Source of the DNA: Rhynchopus sp. YZ270_cl-10
Taxonomy: Eukaryota
NCBI GenBank assembly: GCA_964035575.1
Contig: OZ037842.1
Coordinates: 248,001 to 312,000, forward strand
Length of the DNA stretch: 64,000 bases
Direction: 5' to 3'
Below are positions 1-13,223 of this stretch, piece after piece (within the stretch, counting starts at the first letter, position 1; the number at the start of each line of letters is the position of its first letter). A model generated the notes under the pieces. That model ran no database searches, was not told the origin of the DNA, and was given only the letters and a program-made list of their open reading frames with translations. The position numbers and the translations under genes are program-made.

Positions 1-3000
1 AAACGTCGGATGACGCAACAAAGTTTGCCACAAAGATCCCAAGGAAGTACGCGATACGCAGCCTACCACGGAAGATAAGCGACTCAACAGAGACGCTGTC
101 AGGGAAGGCACCGTGGACGATCTGTTTTTGCACGTCAAGAAGTGCTTTGATCGAGTACTGCGCCTGGTTGCGTCTCGCAAAGAGAGAATTGCTCAACCCA
201 GACGTTGGTGAAGACGGTGGTGAAGCGCTCTTTGGGTACGCCACCACCTCCGACAACACCGCCACACAGTACTGCACAAACAAGGGAATCTCCTGCGCTC
301 CGCACATCGAACGGTACGATGCCTCCCCTTCCTCCTCGGTGTCCTCAGTGGAAGCAATGAACGCTGCCGTCTTCTCCAACAGTTGTTTGTTCTTTGTGGT
401 GTCATTCAAAAAGGAGAAGTCCAGGCAGGTTGTGTCGCAGAGTGCGATGGTTAACCCCATGATTAGCTCGTGGGCGGCGGAGGGCTCGTCGTTGAGTGTG
501 CGTTCGGCTTCTGCAACAAAGCGTGTCAACAGTGCGTCAAAGAAGGCTGGAGGGAGAACTGCGATGAGCGCCTTTCTGGTTGAGTCGGCGCCGCTGCAGA
601 AGACGGAGACTACGTTGCACATATCGTGGAGGTGTGTCGTCGCAGTGTCGTCAGCAACACAGACATCAATGAAATGCACTAAGGAGTCGACAACATACGC
701 AAACAGCATTGCCCTAGTACTGACGTCTGCTGCAAGGCATTCTGCACCTTCGTTTTCAGGGTCAGCCTTTGTACTGAAAAGCACTTCCGTCAAAATCAAC
801 GAAACCCTTCTCGCACAGAACTCCAGAACCCTAGTTTGCGCGCCATCCGGGACGACCCATGATGTTGAGAGGTATGGGGTGACCTGTTGCAGCGTGGCGG
901 CAAGCTTTCCGAAGGACGCAATCGAAGTGGCGCCGACGGGGCGGGTCCCCTCCAGGAGCGTCAACAGGAGCGAGATACGGGTTGCAAGAGAGGCGGGTGT
1001 TTCGTCTGTGCATTCGTCACCTTCGTCGTAGCGTTCGTGGACACATTCCTTTAGCGTTTCGGTGACTTCTTCGGAGAGGTCCGATCCTGCGGCAGGGGCA
1101 AGCGTGAGGCACGTGATCACCTCTTCGTTGGAAAGCTCGTCGCCAACCTCATCCTTTGCTAGGATGGTGCGGCACCAATCCTCGACGTCCTGCTGCTCAT
1201 CTGCCGCAAGGCTCCAGAGGCGGATGCTTCCGCAGTTGCTGTTGATAAGGCGAAGGAACATCTCTGTAAGTTGCGTCGCCTCGGTCTCGCTTGTCAGTGT
1301 CGTGCACATCGCAGCCGTGGTCGCAACACGCGAATCATCCTGCAAAAGCTTTGTCACCAAATACGCAGAACTCAAAAAGTTGGTCTCATAAAACATAGGA
1401 AACACCTCCGCCTTCAGCGCAGCCTTATTAACAGCCTTGAGTTGGGTGGTCTCCACAAATGCTCCCGCATTTTGAAAGAATCTGTCTGAAAATGAAGCAG
1501 CAAACCCGCCATATTTCGTCCACACCAGATTCTCCATTAACGCAACATTAAACGACGTCTGCACAGCAAAGAGCTGCGTTGCGAAGAGAAACTCCAAAAG
1601 CTGGCGCCACACTGTGGTGTTAGAGGGTGCTGCGGAGACGTGGCTGAAGGTCTGCACAAAGTCGTTGTGGGTATGCATTGTGGCTGCAACAGCTGTTATA
1701 ACCGACGAAATTTTGGACACATTTTCTTCCTCTTTTTGAAGCGCAGTGAGTGCTTTGCAGGCTGAGGAGAGACCTGATGCGAATAACGTTTTCGCCTTTT
1801 CTTTAAAACACGGTAGCGAAGCAGCATATGCGAAAATGGTGGAAGACAGAGTAGAAGGTTCGGTAGCGAAAGTGGCAAGTCGCGCCTCCAAAGTGTCAAA
1901 TGCTGTGTCAACAGTGGTGCTGGTACCCACAGTTTTGCACCAAAGGGAAAGAAGGTTGAAGGCCTTAGCTGCAGTAGGGAAGGCAAGAACCTGCTTCATG
2001 AAAGCATCACGAATGCCTTCGCTTTCGGACATTTCGTCATCCTCTTCCTCTTCGTGGCGGGCCTCCTCATCGCTGGACTCATCCCCATTGTGTTCAAAGC
2101 TATCAACAAACGGCGTCCCCAAAGAAACACCCAACAACGCTTCGAACATTGCCTGCATCACCTCCCCCCACTTCTCCTCCCCAGCCCCGATCTCTGCGAG
2201 GATCTTCAAAAACACTTCATTGCTTTCAGACTTTGTTTTGATTTCGGCAAGAACGCTGTTGAGGAGCTCCGTGGCAAATCCTGTCTTAAGGTTTCCTTTC
2301 ATAAGGCCGACAATACGGAGGGTAAGAAGAGGGGATGTGGGGACGGAGGAGATGGCAGAGGTGCATAGTGCGTCTTCGGTGGCGGAGGTGGGGGTGATGG
2401 TGAGGTGGGAGAAGAAGGTGGCAGCCTTCTCGGGGCAGGCGTGGTCGAGGGAGACGACGGAGCGCACCACTTCCGCGCTCTCGGTGTCGTTGACATTGAG
2501 GAACGCTGCGATTACAGTGCAGATCTGGTGAAACGCAGGGTCCTCGTTCTTCATGCAGATCTGCTCGAAAAGCGCCTTCTTAACCCCGCTCTGCTGATAG
2601 AAATCTGCGAGAAGGCGCTTAGGCGAAGGCAGAGACCAATCACAATGCTTCCACGCAGACACAACATGGACATTGCCATCTGAAAAAGAGAAGGGGTGTT
2701 TTGAGGATTTATGAAAAGTTGAGATAAGAGATACTCCAAACCGCGCAGTCACCCTAGTGGAACTGTACCTTCACAAAAAAATTGTAGTTCTTGGGTTTTT
2801 TTTTATGTCACCTCATGAAATGAAAGAGGAAATAGAAACAAAGCATTTTGAACACACTCGCGGTTCTAGGGACGAACCGCGCTGCAGAGCCACTCCTCAC
2901 CAAACAGGTCGAGGTGTGTGCGTTTCACCACGAATCTTCCACAACCTCTACAAAATAAAATGTCCCGGGCAGACATGCGTTTGGACGATGTCAAGTGGGA

Positions 3001-6000
3001 GGAGATAAAGGTGGTGTCGGAGGTCCCAAAGGGAGCTTTGGAGCCGACGCAAATTCCGGACTGTGTGTTCCCCCAGTGCGGTGAAACACACCGAGACGGA
3101 GAATCGGGCACATGCCGTATGTGCGGTAGGCGGGCGACGGACGCATGCCTCAACGCCAACCTGCAGGGTTACGGGGACGCACTCTCCGTCTTCTCGGTAG
3201 GGTTCAAGGACGCGACGTGGGTTTGTCCCGTGTGTACAGTACGGGTGCACCAGGGGGTACAACAGTGGGATATGCGTGACAAGAGCGAAGGTAAGGAGGC
3301 GGAGTGCGTTTCACCACAACCTCTCCCATGGGTTTTATCGTGTGATGAGTGTTAAGTTTCTATTTTTGTGGGAGGAGGTGATGTGGGGAGAGATGAGGGG
3401 TGCATACATCCTTCCCCGGTCAGCTTGCTGGCAAAGCATGTCCCCAGCAGGAGGTACAGTTCGGAGAGAATCTGCTCGTCGGGCTGCGTCTTCAAGGTGG
3501 CGAGGGTGGCCTTCACCTTCTCGAGCAGCAGGGCGAGTCTACGGAAGGTGTTCTGTGGTGGATGTTGGTTTTTATACGCCATTTGACAAAAACCAACCCC
3601 CACATTGCATCTCTGCCCGATAAGCCCTTTCCACACAAAAAAAAACGTCAATCCACACTAGGTTCACCAAAACAAATAATTAAAACGCAATGCACCTCAC
3701 AGATCATGATCACAAATCACCAAGAAAACTTGATGAACACCCCTCCACATACCTCAGTATCCAACTCCTCCTCTGCCCCCACAAACTCGAAGTACGCAAG
3801 GCACTGTGCCGGCGCCTCAGGAGTGCTGCTGCCCTTCTTTGCCTTCTTCTTGGAACCCCCTCCTGCGACTACAGGAGTACCGTCCCCCACTGGCACCAGG
3901 GAGGACTCCAGCGAGAGCACGAGGTCCTTTGGGTCTGCCGGGAGCGAGGTCAGCTCTTCACACAGGGACGTCCAGACCTCTGCCACAGCGGTGTGGTAGA
4001 CAGGCATGGTGAGCGCCTTGACAAGGCATGTGCCCAGCTTCGCAGATGCAGCACCCTGCTGCAGTTTGAACGACGTCAGCAGTGCAATGCGCAACACTGG
4101 AGCCAAATGGTTTTTCACCAAAAACGCGCACATCGCTTGGTCACCCCCTGACAGCTCCACCGCCTTCCCTGCGAGGAACCTCCACACCTCAGCCCAGCAT
4201 TCAATCAAACGTTGAAACTCTGACATCGGAAGCGTCGAGGACTGCAGACCCATCCAGATGGATCCCAGGAGCTGGTCTGCGAACACCGCAAAGCTGTTGA
4301 AATTGATGAAGACGTCTGTTCCCATAAGCACCAGCATGGGGAGCAGTGCTTGGTACGTCACATCGGACCCGAAGATGCCGCTGGTCTTGCGGAGGAGGGA
4401 GTACAGCTTCTGGAAGAGCGTGGAGTGTGGGTTCTTGACGCCCTGCACGCCCTCAGGGTTGTGCTTGAGCCAGCGCAGCATGGCTGGCCACATTGCCGGG
4501 TGCACCACTGCAGCGCGTTCCCCAAAGCTGTTCTGCATGAAGAGGTTCAACTCACGTGAATGCATCAAAATCGACTCACGTCCATGCTCCAAGTACATCG
4601 AAATCTGGTATTGGGGTGTTGTAACCGGGGGTGGCCAAAGAAAAACTGATCCCATGGTGTGATTCACCCTCAAAAACGTTTATTGTTATCTTCATTGGAA
4701 AACCCGGTAAATAAGAGTCACACCATCCTAAGAAGAGTATTGTAATCACCAAAGAGCGGTGTTCGCTAGAGGGTTGCAGAAGATGACATACCAAATTGTA
4801 GACCTCTGTCCGGATGGTCGGATATGCAGACTCACCGAGTTGCCAGAGCATGTGGCTTTCGACGAGCTCTTCGGTCTGTGGTGTGGATGTGTATACGATG
4901 TATTTTGGTGAACCATTTGAGTTGACGGTCTTGAAAACACTTCGCTGGCTGGTGTGTCAAACGGTATGTGTATGGTTTGCACGTTACGCTCTACACACAA
5001 GGATATGCATATGCGATACACGGTTCGTGTGCGGCCTAACGCATGCAACGAACGCAACGCAACCGATGCATACGTGACGATCTGTATGCAACGAACGCAA
5101 CGCATGCAACGCAACGCAACCGATGTGAACGTAGCGATCTGTACGAAAGCATGCTACTGGTTTTACGCCATCGCGTTAACGCCACACCTGCGCCGCTGTG
5201 ACACTTCGCTGGCTCGTGTGGTTGTGATAACGCAACGGTCTACACGTGCGTTACACACAATGGTCTTCGTATACGATACACACAACGCTATGTATAAGCG
5301 ATACACGCGTTAACCGCAACGAGTGGTTACCAAACGCAACTCGTGCCGTGTGTGGCCCATGCATGGTTCCCACAGCGCGCTGGCACGTTTCCGAAGCCGG
5401 AAACCCGGTTACCTGCCTGAAAAACCGGGTTTTTGGCCAAAACGCCTGTTTTGCCTGTAGAACCCTGTAGAACCCTTAAGAAACACGTGTATAAAAGGGG
5501 TACTCGTGACACCCTGGTGTCAGGGTCTCTAACGGTTTAACGCTTCGCTGAGCCTATACACCCCCCAAAAAGTGTCCGATCTTTCCAAAGAAAAAGTTTT
5601 TTCGGCTGTGCGAAGCTTCTACACCCTCTAAAAAAAACCGGTTTTTGGTCGGATCCAGCAGGGGGGGGGGGGAGACTGAAGGGGTTAGAGGAGGATAGAG
5701 GAGGACTGAGGGGGTTAGACCGGGGTGGCGAGAAAAGCAACCTTTAAAAACTAGAAAACACAAGTGTTTTCTAGAATTTTTTTCATACCATGATCGCTGT
5801 GCATGAGGAGAGCTTTTCAAACTTTGCTGCCAACTGAAGGAGATGCGCGCAGGCACGGAGTGCCGCGGAGTGGGTGCCTTCAAGAACGGAGATGGCCTCC
5901 TCTGGTTTGAGGTTGTCTTCGTCTTTAAGGGTTTCGACGGTGGTCTCAAGGAGAGTACGGAGGACAGCGACAAGCTTTGCTGTACACATCGAGAAGGCGG

Positions 6001-6541
6001 CGGCACTACGTTCATCAGAGTCGAAGGCCACCTCCCAAGACTGTCTTGCTGCATGCAGCACATCCGCTTCTGTATCAAACCTGAGGCACAGCCATGGACC
6101 CAACACAATCGGCAAATGTTTTACCAAATGCTTTTTCACTGATTTGTCCCTCGAAAACAACGCCCTCAAAGCAAAACACAACGCACGACGTAAATGTTTG
6201 TCCTGCGACCCATGCCGTCTTCTGACATACGTAAACACATCCCTAGCCACCGCAATCGCGTCCGCTTCTGCACAACTCTCTAACAGCTGTGTCAACTCCT
6301 CGCACGCCGCAACGCGTGTCGTCATATCCCTCTTCGTAAGACGCTTAAAAACCTGTTTGAACTCAGCAGGGACTTCAGCACCAATTGCCACGGACGGTGC
6401 TGCAACAGGTGTGCTAGAGGAGGCAGCGTTCAGCCCACCAAAGGAAGCAAACGCCGCAAAGGGGTCTTGCCCGCCACCAGCACTGAAGGCACCGCTCGAG
6501 GCAGGGCCGGACTCTCCCTTAGGACGGCGAGGCTTAGACAT
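1..6541 (-). CDS. LTN1: E3 ubiquitin ligase listerin (RQC), spliced: exons 6541-5789, 4875-4750, 4604-3753, 3552-3408, 2679-<1; RING C-terminus beyond window
   Basis: N-terminal Ltn1 signature (FKQVFKRLTKRDMTTRVAACEEL...LRRAL...LGPWLCLRFDTEADV..AA..SW..AF). The four GT-AG junctions join in frame (phases 0,0,0,1). The last exon is in the same protein-like frame at both ends and no stop-terminated ORF is listed in that frame. Confidence 0.85.
2680..3407 (-). other. LTN1 intron 4 (728 nt, GTATGC...TTTTCAG); introns 2 and 3 are 4605-4749 and 3553-3752
   Basis: Phase-1 junction T|AT GGC AAT gives the long open downstream exon; pyrimidine-rich acceptor. Confidence 0.8.
2960..3355 (+). CDS. Nested antisense ORF with degenerate PHD-like zinc finger (possible TE-derived gene fragment)
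   Basis: ATG at 2960; CVFPQC..CRMC-GRRAT-DAC..WVCPVC spacing matches the PHD C4HC3 pattern with His replaced by Thr; lies wholly within LTN1 intron 4. Confidence 0.5.
   Translation: MSRADMRLDDVKWEEIKVVSEVPKGALEPTQIPDCVFPQCGETHRDGESGTCRMCGRRATDACLNANLQGYGDALSVFSVGFKDATWVCPVCTVRVHQGVQQWDMRDKSEGKEAECVSPQPLPWVLSCDEC
4876..5788 (-). other. LTN1 intron 1 (913 nt, GTATGA...CACAG), filled with repeat/MITE debris
   Basis: Removal joins ATG|ACC GAA GAG in frame; contains GCAACG-type short repeats and ACCCTG/CAGGGT TIR-like ends. Confidence 0.8.
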
Positions 6542-6573
6542 TGTTCTCAAAGATATAAACAAAAAGAGACCCC

Positions 6574-6600
6574 CTGTTAGTGCACTCAAAAAAGAGGCAC
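6574..6600 (-). promoter_or_regulatory. Putative (trans-)splice acceptor upstream of LTN1
   Basis: Minus strand TTTTTT-GAGTG-CACTAAC-AG (branch-point-like CTAAC plus AG) about 32 nt before the ATG. Confidence 0.4.
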
Positions 6601-6660
6601 TAAAGTAAAGTTATACAATATTATGATTATCGAGGAACCCAATGACCATTAAAAAAAAAT

Positions 6661-6815
6661 TGGTGTGGCTGACGACCCCAAAATAGCACCCCCCTTCTTC
6701 TGGAAAGTAGCACAAAATAGCACCTCCCTTCAGCCGCACCAAAAAATCCAGATGCCCAGAATAGCAGAAAATAGCAGAAAATAGCCCAAAAATAGCACCC
6801 CCTTCAGCCACACCA
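6661..6815. mobile_element. MITE with TGG...CCA termini
   Basis: Perfect 12-bp TIR TGGTGTGGCTGA; internal AAAATAGCA repeats; flanks AAAAT/ATAAT. Confidence 0.65.
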
Positions 6816-6843
6816 ATAATCAATAATGGGGTAATATTGTTAA

Positions 6844-7683
6844 CCCTTAGCCAACCAGCAACCCGTACAGGGGTTGTTTTTTTTTGGGGGTTTTATGAAA
6901 AAAAAATTTGTTTACTGGTGTTCTTGGACTTTTTGATCGATTTTTTTTATGTTGAAAAGATTTGTCACGAAACGTTCCAAAAAACATGTTTTCGGGAGAA
7001 AAAAACAACCACATATTTGGTAGGCAGCGTCAGGGATTGTCTCCCCCCAAACACTGAAAGTTGATGCGATCTTCTGGTTTTTGGGTTGGTGTCCAAGGCC
7101 CAACCAAGACCCCAAAAATATGTCAAAAATATGTTATTTGTCACATATGAGCAAAAATAAAGCAATTGCGGGGTCGCACGACCTCCCATTCGTAGCACAG
7201 CCCCTCACACCAACAGGACTTTCACCTCCTTTTCACTGTTTTTCGCTGGTTTCGACTGCTTTTGACTGTTTTGACCGTTTTTCACTATTTTTCACTATTT
7301 TTTGTTCCTCTCTCAGGCTGTTCATACAACTTCTACTCCATATTTCTGACCAATTTTTTTTTTCTTGATGTCATTTGCTCTCGATCTTTCAAATAACGCC
7401 ATTTTCGAGTTCCGGTTTTGCACACATATTTCGTCAGAGGACTGCGGGAGCTATTTTCCTCGAAATTTTGGGTGTTTTTTTCCAAGCATTTTGGATTTTT
7501 GCAAAATATTTTTTTTTTCAAAAAAAATCCAAAACATAAATAATCAAAAGTTCTGCTCAAAATCTTTCAATTGCGACCAGAATCGGTCAAAAAGTCGTTG
7601 CCCTTCACATTTTGCCTCTTGGAGAGCCTGGACCCCCAAAAACAAAAAAAAACACACCTAAAAATGCCTTGGTTGGCTAAGGG
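6844..7683. mobile_element. piggyBac-like non-autonomous element
   Basis: TTAA TSD on both sides (6840-6843, 7684-7687); perfect 14-bp TIR CCCTTAGCCAACCA. Confidence 0.85.
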
Positions 7684-10600
7684 TTAAAAGCATCGATTTT
7701 TTTTTTTTTTTGTGGAAAAGACAGCAAAATGAGTGTCTCGAAGGATGGAGAACAAAGCTGCAAAAAAGGGGTACTTTTTCTTTTTTCTTTTTTCATTTTC
7801 TTTTTTGAGTCAGAGTGCCCCTCAAACACACCACACTCGCTCTGATGGGAATCGGTGGGGGGGGACGGGGGATGGGGATACCCCCGTGGGATTGGTGGAT
7901 AAGTAAACTATTTTGTGTGGATGAGACCCGACAAGGGAACAATAGCTTTTTCTTGTCTTTTTCCCCCCTTCTTTTTGCATCTATGAGATTTTCACACACC
8001 AGGGGTTCGGTAATCTAACGTCACCGACTAGAGTAGAAAACGCACTGTGCTGGCAGGAAAGTCACACTCCTCTCCTCCTACTCTTGTGTTCACAAAAAAA
8101 ATGAGGCAAAAAAAGACCATTTTTTGCAGGGTTCACCTTGGGGCATCTCCACAGGGAATGAATGGAAGAAAAGAAAAAAAAAAAAACGAGAATTTCTCTC
8201 AGAATAGAAAAGTAACACTTTGAAAGATGAAGGGGGTTTTAAATAATATTATTATGCAGAAGAGACGGAACGGAGACACACATCCTTAAAGGATGGAATA
8301 AGCTATTGTAAGAAAGCAGGTTTTGCACACACCATCTTGACAAGAGAAAAGAAAAAGGAAAAAAACATCGATAGTAAGTGGAGTTCATCCTCGGGTGGCT
8401 ACACTAATACAACCAAGTTTTCAAAAAAAAGAAGAAAAAAAATATTGCAAATTTTGTTGTGTTTTTCGCTGTATGAGTACGAGTGATGGTAAACAAATAC
8501 TGAAAAAATGGAAAAACAATTTGCACAACTTCCGTCGATTCTATTTCCTCTTGGCAATGCTTGGTATAAAAAAAAATCCCCTATTTTTTGCTACTTCTGT
8601 CATGCGTGGGGGGATTATTTTTTTTTTGCGTTGAATTTTTCTTCTTCCGTTTTTTCCGGTTTTTAGCGCAGCTGCCAGACAGAGCAGTCAGCACTATCCT
8701 ATTTTGAGGAATTTTTCTGCTGTATTATTTTTTCGTTCACAAAACGTAACGGGGACGTAAAGGACAAAAAGGAAAGACCTTGGGATCAACCCTACCGTTT
8801 CCTTTTTCATTTCACAAAGAATCCATTCACAATTTGAAAACTATTTTTTTTTCCTTTTTTTCAGTTTTCACAGCGGTAATTATTTGGTTCCGCAAAAAGT
8901 ATGTCAGACGTAAGCTCTGGGACAAAAAAACATAACACTTGAGAGGAAAAAAAAACAGACCACACTTTTCATCTAAATGAACTACAAAACACCGTTTGTA
9001 GGATTTTTTTTTGTTTGTTTTTGTTTTTTTGCCTTTCTTTTAATCGTTCATCCGTTGGTTTAGTGTAGCTGCTGTGATAGACTTTTTTTTTTCACTACAA
9101 CCCTTCTCCCGCTATCTCTTCTGTGCAGCCTCAACGGACAACACAACACAAAAAAACAGGCAATGATACTACTCTCAGTAATTACCCACATTTTTCCTTC
9201 AAACACAACACAAATGAGTCACTACTTCCTTGGGAGGTAGTGCCTGGTTTGTGTTATGTTTGGTTGGTAAGATGTTGTACTGGAGAAGAAATTTTTAGAA
9301 AACAGACAAACCTACAACCAGCCCGTTTTTGGAAGATTGGTGTCTCAAAGTGCACACACATGGAATAGAAAAAAAAAAAAGCAAAGAAGAAGTTAGACAA
9401 AAGAGGAGAGAGAGAGTTAGAGCACGAGGTAAGAGGTGCAGGGGGAAAAAAATGCAAAAAAAAGGGGGGGTTGAAAGAATTGATGTAATCAGTAATACAG
9501 TACAGATCTTTCGTACGAACAAAAACACCACCCGCAGAAGAGAAAAAAAAAGCGCTTCTGTGCGCAGATTGAGAATAATGACTTTTACTTCGGACGAGAC
9601 AGTCTTCATCTCCTTGGTCTCAGTAGGAAGCACAAACACATAAAATAAAAGAGAAAAAAAAAATTATGAGATGAACCTAAGTCATCCTTGATTACAACGT
9701 TCAGAGATGCATATCTCAAAAATAATAATAATTGGTGCTCCGGGGAGGGTCGATATTGACAGGTCGCTGACAGGTCGTTGACTGATTACCCATAGCATCA
9801 ATACTGCCAGTTGTTTTTTTAGTAGCCGCCATGCGAGACAGTCACTACGAGAAACTATGTTTTTGTGGGTGCCAGCCCGACTCTTTAATTCCGAATTTCG
9901 GCACAGAAAAAAGAAAGTCACCTTTTTTATAGCCCTATTGACTAGGCATAACTATTAGAAAAGATGTTCATTGAAGAGACAATGTATTTTAGTTTAAAAG
10001 GGGATAAGATTGATGGTGGAAAAAAAAAAGAGAGAAAAAAAGAGAGAAACCCTCACTTCAAGACAGCCCTTATCAACCCCACTGTCTTTCTTGTGGGACG
10101 CCAGTTCCCCGTTGCAGGATTTTGCATTTTCGGACCATGCATATTTTTTTTTTTTTGATATTCACACAAAAAACAAATAGTATTGTCAGATGACACAACC
10201 TCAGTCACCTTAACAAAAGAAGGCGGCTAGATATTTTTTTTTTTGGTGGTAGAAAGAGGCAGAGCTGTGGACACTGCCTTCCTTCTCCACCCCCTTTTTT
10301 TGCTCGGACACATTGAACAAAAAAAAAAAGACAAAAATGCAGGAACATCACTGCAACAAACGGGTTATTACGTAAAGGCGATGATCAAATAACACAAACA
10401 CAATAAGCCTCGTTATACAAACGACCCAACACAAAAATAACATCCGTTGATTTGAAAGATCTGGATTTTGTTCGTCTTTTTTTATTACAACACTTCCCTC
10501 GAGAGCTTGTCAGATCAGACAAAAGATGGATGCTTTTTTGGTCCAACCTTTTCGTATAGGGAGGCACAAAAGAGAAGCGAAGAGAATTCAAAAAAGAAGA

Positions 10601-11484
10601 AAAAAGAAAGAAAAACACAGCTCTTAAGATGAGACTAACTGCTGAGTCACCTTACAAACTTTTGAAGAGAGCTTTGAAATGAATAGGCTTCAGGATGATG
10701 TCTAAAAAAAAAGACCACTCGCAATACGTATGACACACAGCGTCTTCTTGGTAATGTTCCACACGAAGGAATTCACCAAAAAAAAAAAAAAATGTTGCTG
10801 ATTTTCACGCGGGGTATCTTCACCCTTCGGTACTGGAAACCCTCAGACGTGCCTGCTGCGTTCCCAGCGTTCTCCAGTTGTCGCCATGCTCGGCAGCGTT
10901 GTCCTTTCCGGAGCTGAAAAAAAGAGAATCGACGAGAGTCTTCAGCTTGCAAGGGCGGCAGCATTTGCTTTCGGGCTGTGGAGAGTGAGTAATATTTTTT
11001 TTTGTCGACAATCACGTTCCTACTGGTTTCAAATGCAGACGCTGCATCAATGTGTCAACAGACAGAACCAGGCGGCGACCGCGCAGGAATATCGTGACGG
11101 GAGCGTCAAAATGGACGATGGATTTAACTGGATTGCCGCCTGTTGGCGGAACATTCGCGACGTTCGGGGGGTGCACGGCTCAGGAGATCACCGGATTATT
11201 CGAAGGAATACCGCTGCGGTATTCCGTTAGAAAGAACACGAGTAAGATGTTCGTCGCCGCTCAACCGAATTAGCAAACACGGATGCGAAGATGATCGAGG
11301 ATATATTCAGGAAGGACGCGAGTCACCGACACATACACTACGTTCAGTGAGATGGCGGGAGGATGGCGTGCGACGTGTGAGGTCATAGGAGGATTCAAAA
11401 GGAAAAAGTGGAAGGACAGATCTATCGTTGGTTTTAAATATGTTTAGTTTTTTCGCCTCTACCCTTTTTTTGACCTAAACATAC

Positions 11485-11976
11485 CTTACACATTGCCTGA
11501 AGACAGTTCACACAGGAGGTGTGGTTGTGGGCTACTGCGACGTCGAGGGGTGTCTCCCCTTTGAGGTTCTTCGCTGTGAGCGCAGGGGAGTTGCGGCGCT
11601 TCATCTCGTAGAGGGGCTGGGTGGCGCCGTTGAGAGCAGCGTAGTGCGCTGCATTGTTGCCTTGGTCGTCTGATATGGTCGCGTCTGCAACCCCCCCACG
11701 GAGCAAGGAGAACATACACTGATGGTGCCCACCAGAGATCGCCCCCATGAGCGGTGTCTGCCCTTTACAGCACTGCACGTTCACATCCGCGTTGTACCGT
11801 ATCAACAGATCGACGCACTCTCGCCGTCCGAAATGCGCTGCAGCGTGCAACGCCCTGCACTTCGTCACCTCACACAAAGCATCCACATCACCCCCACCCA
11901 ACAGCAATACCTCCAAAGCCTTAGCATCCCCAGACGCTGCAACCTGGGTCATACCCAATGGAGTTTCGGTTGACAT
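11485..11976 (-). CDS. Ankyrin-repeat protein (probable exon 1; 3' exon unresolved)
   Basis: MSTETPLG...; ALHAAAHFGRRECVDLLI, GQTPLMGA, GETPLDVA ankyrin motifs; AAG|GTATGT donor at 11484. Confidence 0.75.
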
Positions 11977-13223
11977 TTTGAAGAAAAAAAAACAAAAAAA
12001 AAAAGGGAAAAAAGTGTGTCTTGAAAAAAGCAACCAACTTCTGCTGCAGAGAGGTTTGAGGGGGTAAAAATGGGATATTTATTACATAAATTGGCATCGA
12101 TTTGGAGATCGAATTATTTGGGGTAATAATCCCGGTATGCATTGTAAATGATAAGGGGGTGGGGAAGAAAAGAGTGGGGAGTTGTGTGGGGAATTTGCGA
12201 CTACTAAAAAAAATTGGGCGAAAAAGGTGGGAATATTTTGAGGAAGAGATGGAGGGGATAAAGCGGTACGGGGTGTGTGTGACAACACAAAAATATTGGA
12301 GCACCGTATTCGTACAAATTATCGACCTTTTTTTTACGGTCGAAAATTTTTTTGTCCGAATACGGAATATCGTATCAGACTCCAGATATTGGTTGGTCCC
12401 CTTTTTTTGATGTACACGGGGTAGCTCACAGCATCGTACTGCATGGTACAACGTATCGAGAGGAACCTGTGTCTTTTACTGTACCACACAGCGCAGGACA
12501 AAGCTTTCAAAAAAGCACAATGTCCTGGACAGTGCAAATACAAAGGGGTCACAGCATTCGTCGCCTTTTTTGCATTCGTGGAGGAAAAAATGAAACAAAA
12601 GAAAGAAAAGTCGAAAGTTGAAATAAATGCAAAACCTCACGTGGTATGCACAGCTGGACAATAATGTGTCAGATGTGACTCACTGCTTCGCACACATCTT
12701 TCAAAAAGATCTTTTTAAAGTGCCGAAACGCAACGGCTTGAAATACAAAGCCCTCTCGTGAACAATGCACCTTGGTGCAGGACCGGTGCAACGGGTGGAC
12801 CCCAACCATGCGGTCGTACATCCATTTCGTGGTTTACATTTGATAAAATAAACAAAGGACCAACGTGGATACGCTTAACAGACTGTGGTGTTGTTTGCCA
12901 CTACAAGAATGCGGCTTCTTCAGAAAACATATGGTTGAGATTACCCTGATTTGCTTTTTTAAAAAAGGCACTGGGGATGATGGAATTCCTTAAAAATGAC
13001 GAACTTCCTTAACGGTAAAATCCGGTAAATCCGTAATAAATGAATAAAATGAGAAAAAAGTATAATTTTGCAATACACCTAAACCTTGCTTCACCTTACA
13101 CTGACGGACGCAAGGTAGTGACCACCCCCCCCAAAAAAAAAAGAAGTTGAAGCAGGCTAAAACGCATCTCCCACCTGATTTTTACCCCGCGTATAGGCGC
13201 GTAAAGGCGCGTACAGGCCCGTA

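Noticed and set aside
147..2531. Plus-strand ORFs 147-1031, 1062-1391, 1746-2531 (and 5874-6608)
   Set aside because: Antisense shadows of LTN1 exons; Ser/Ala-rich with no motifs
2680..5788. Non-canonical (euglenid/diplonemid-type) introns in LTN1
   Set aside because: All four introns resolve with ordinary GT-AG ends in the correct phase
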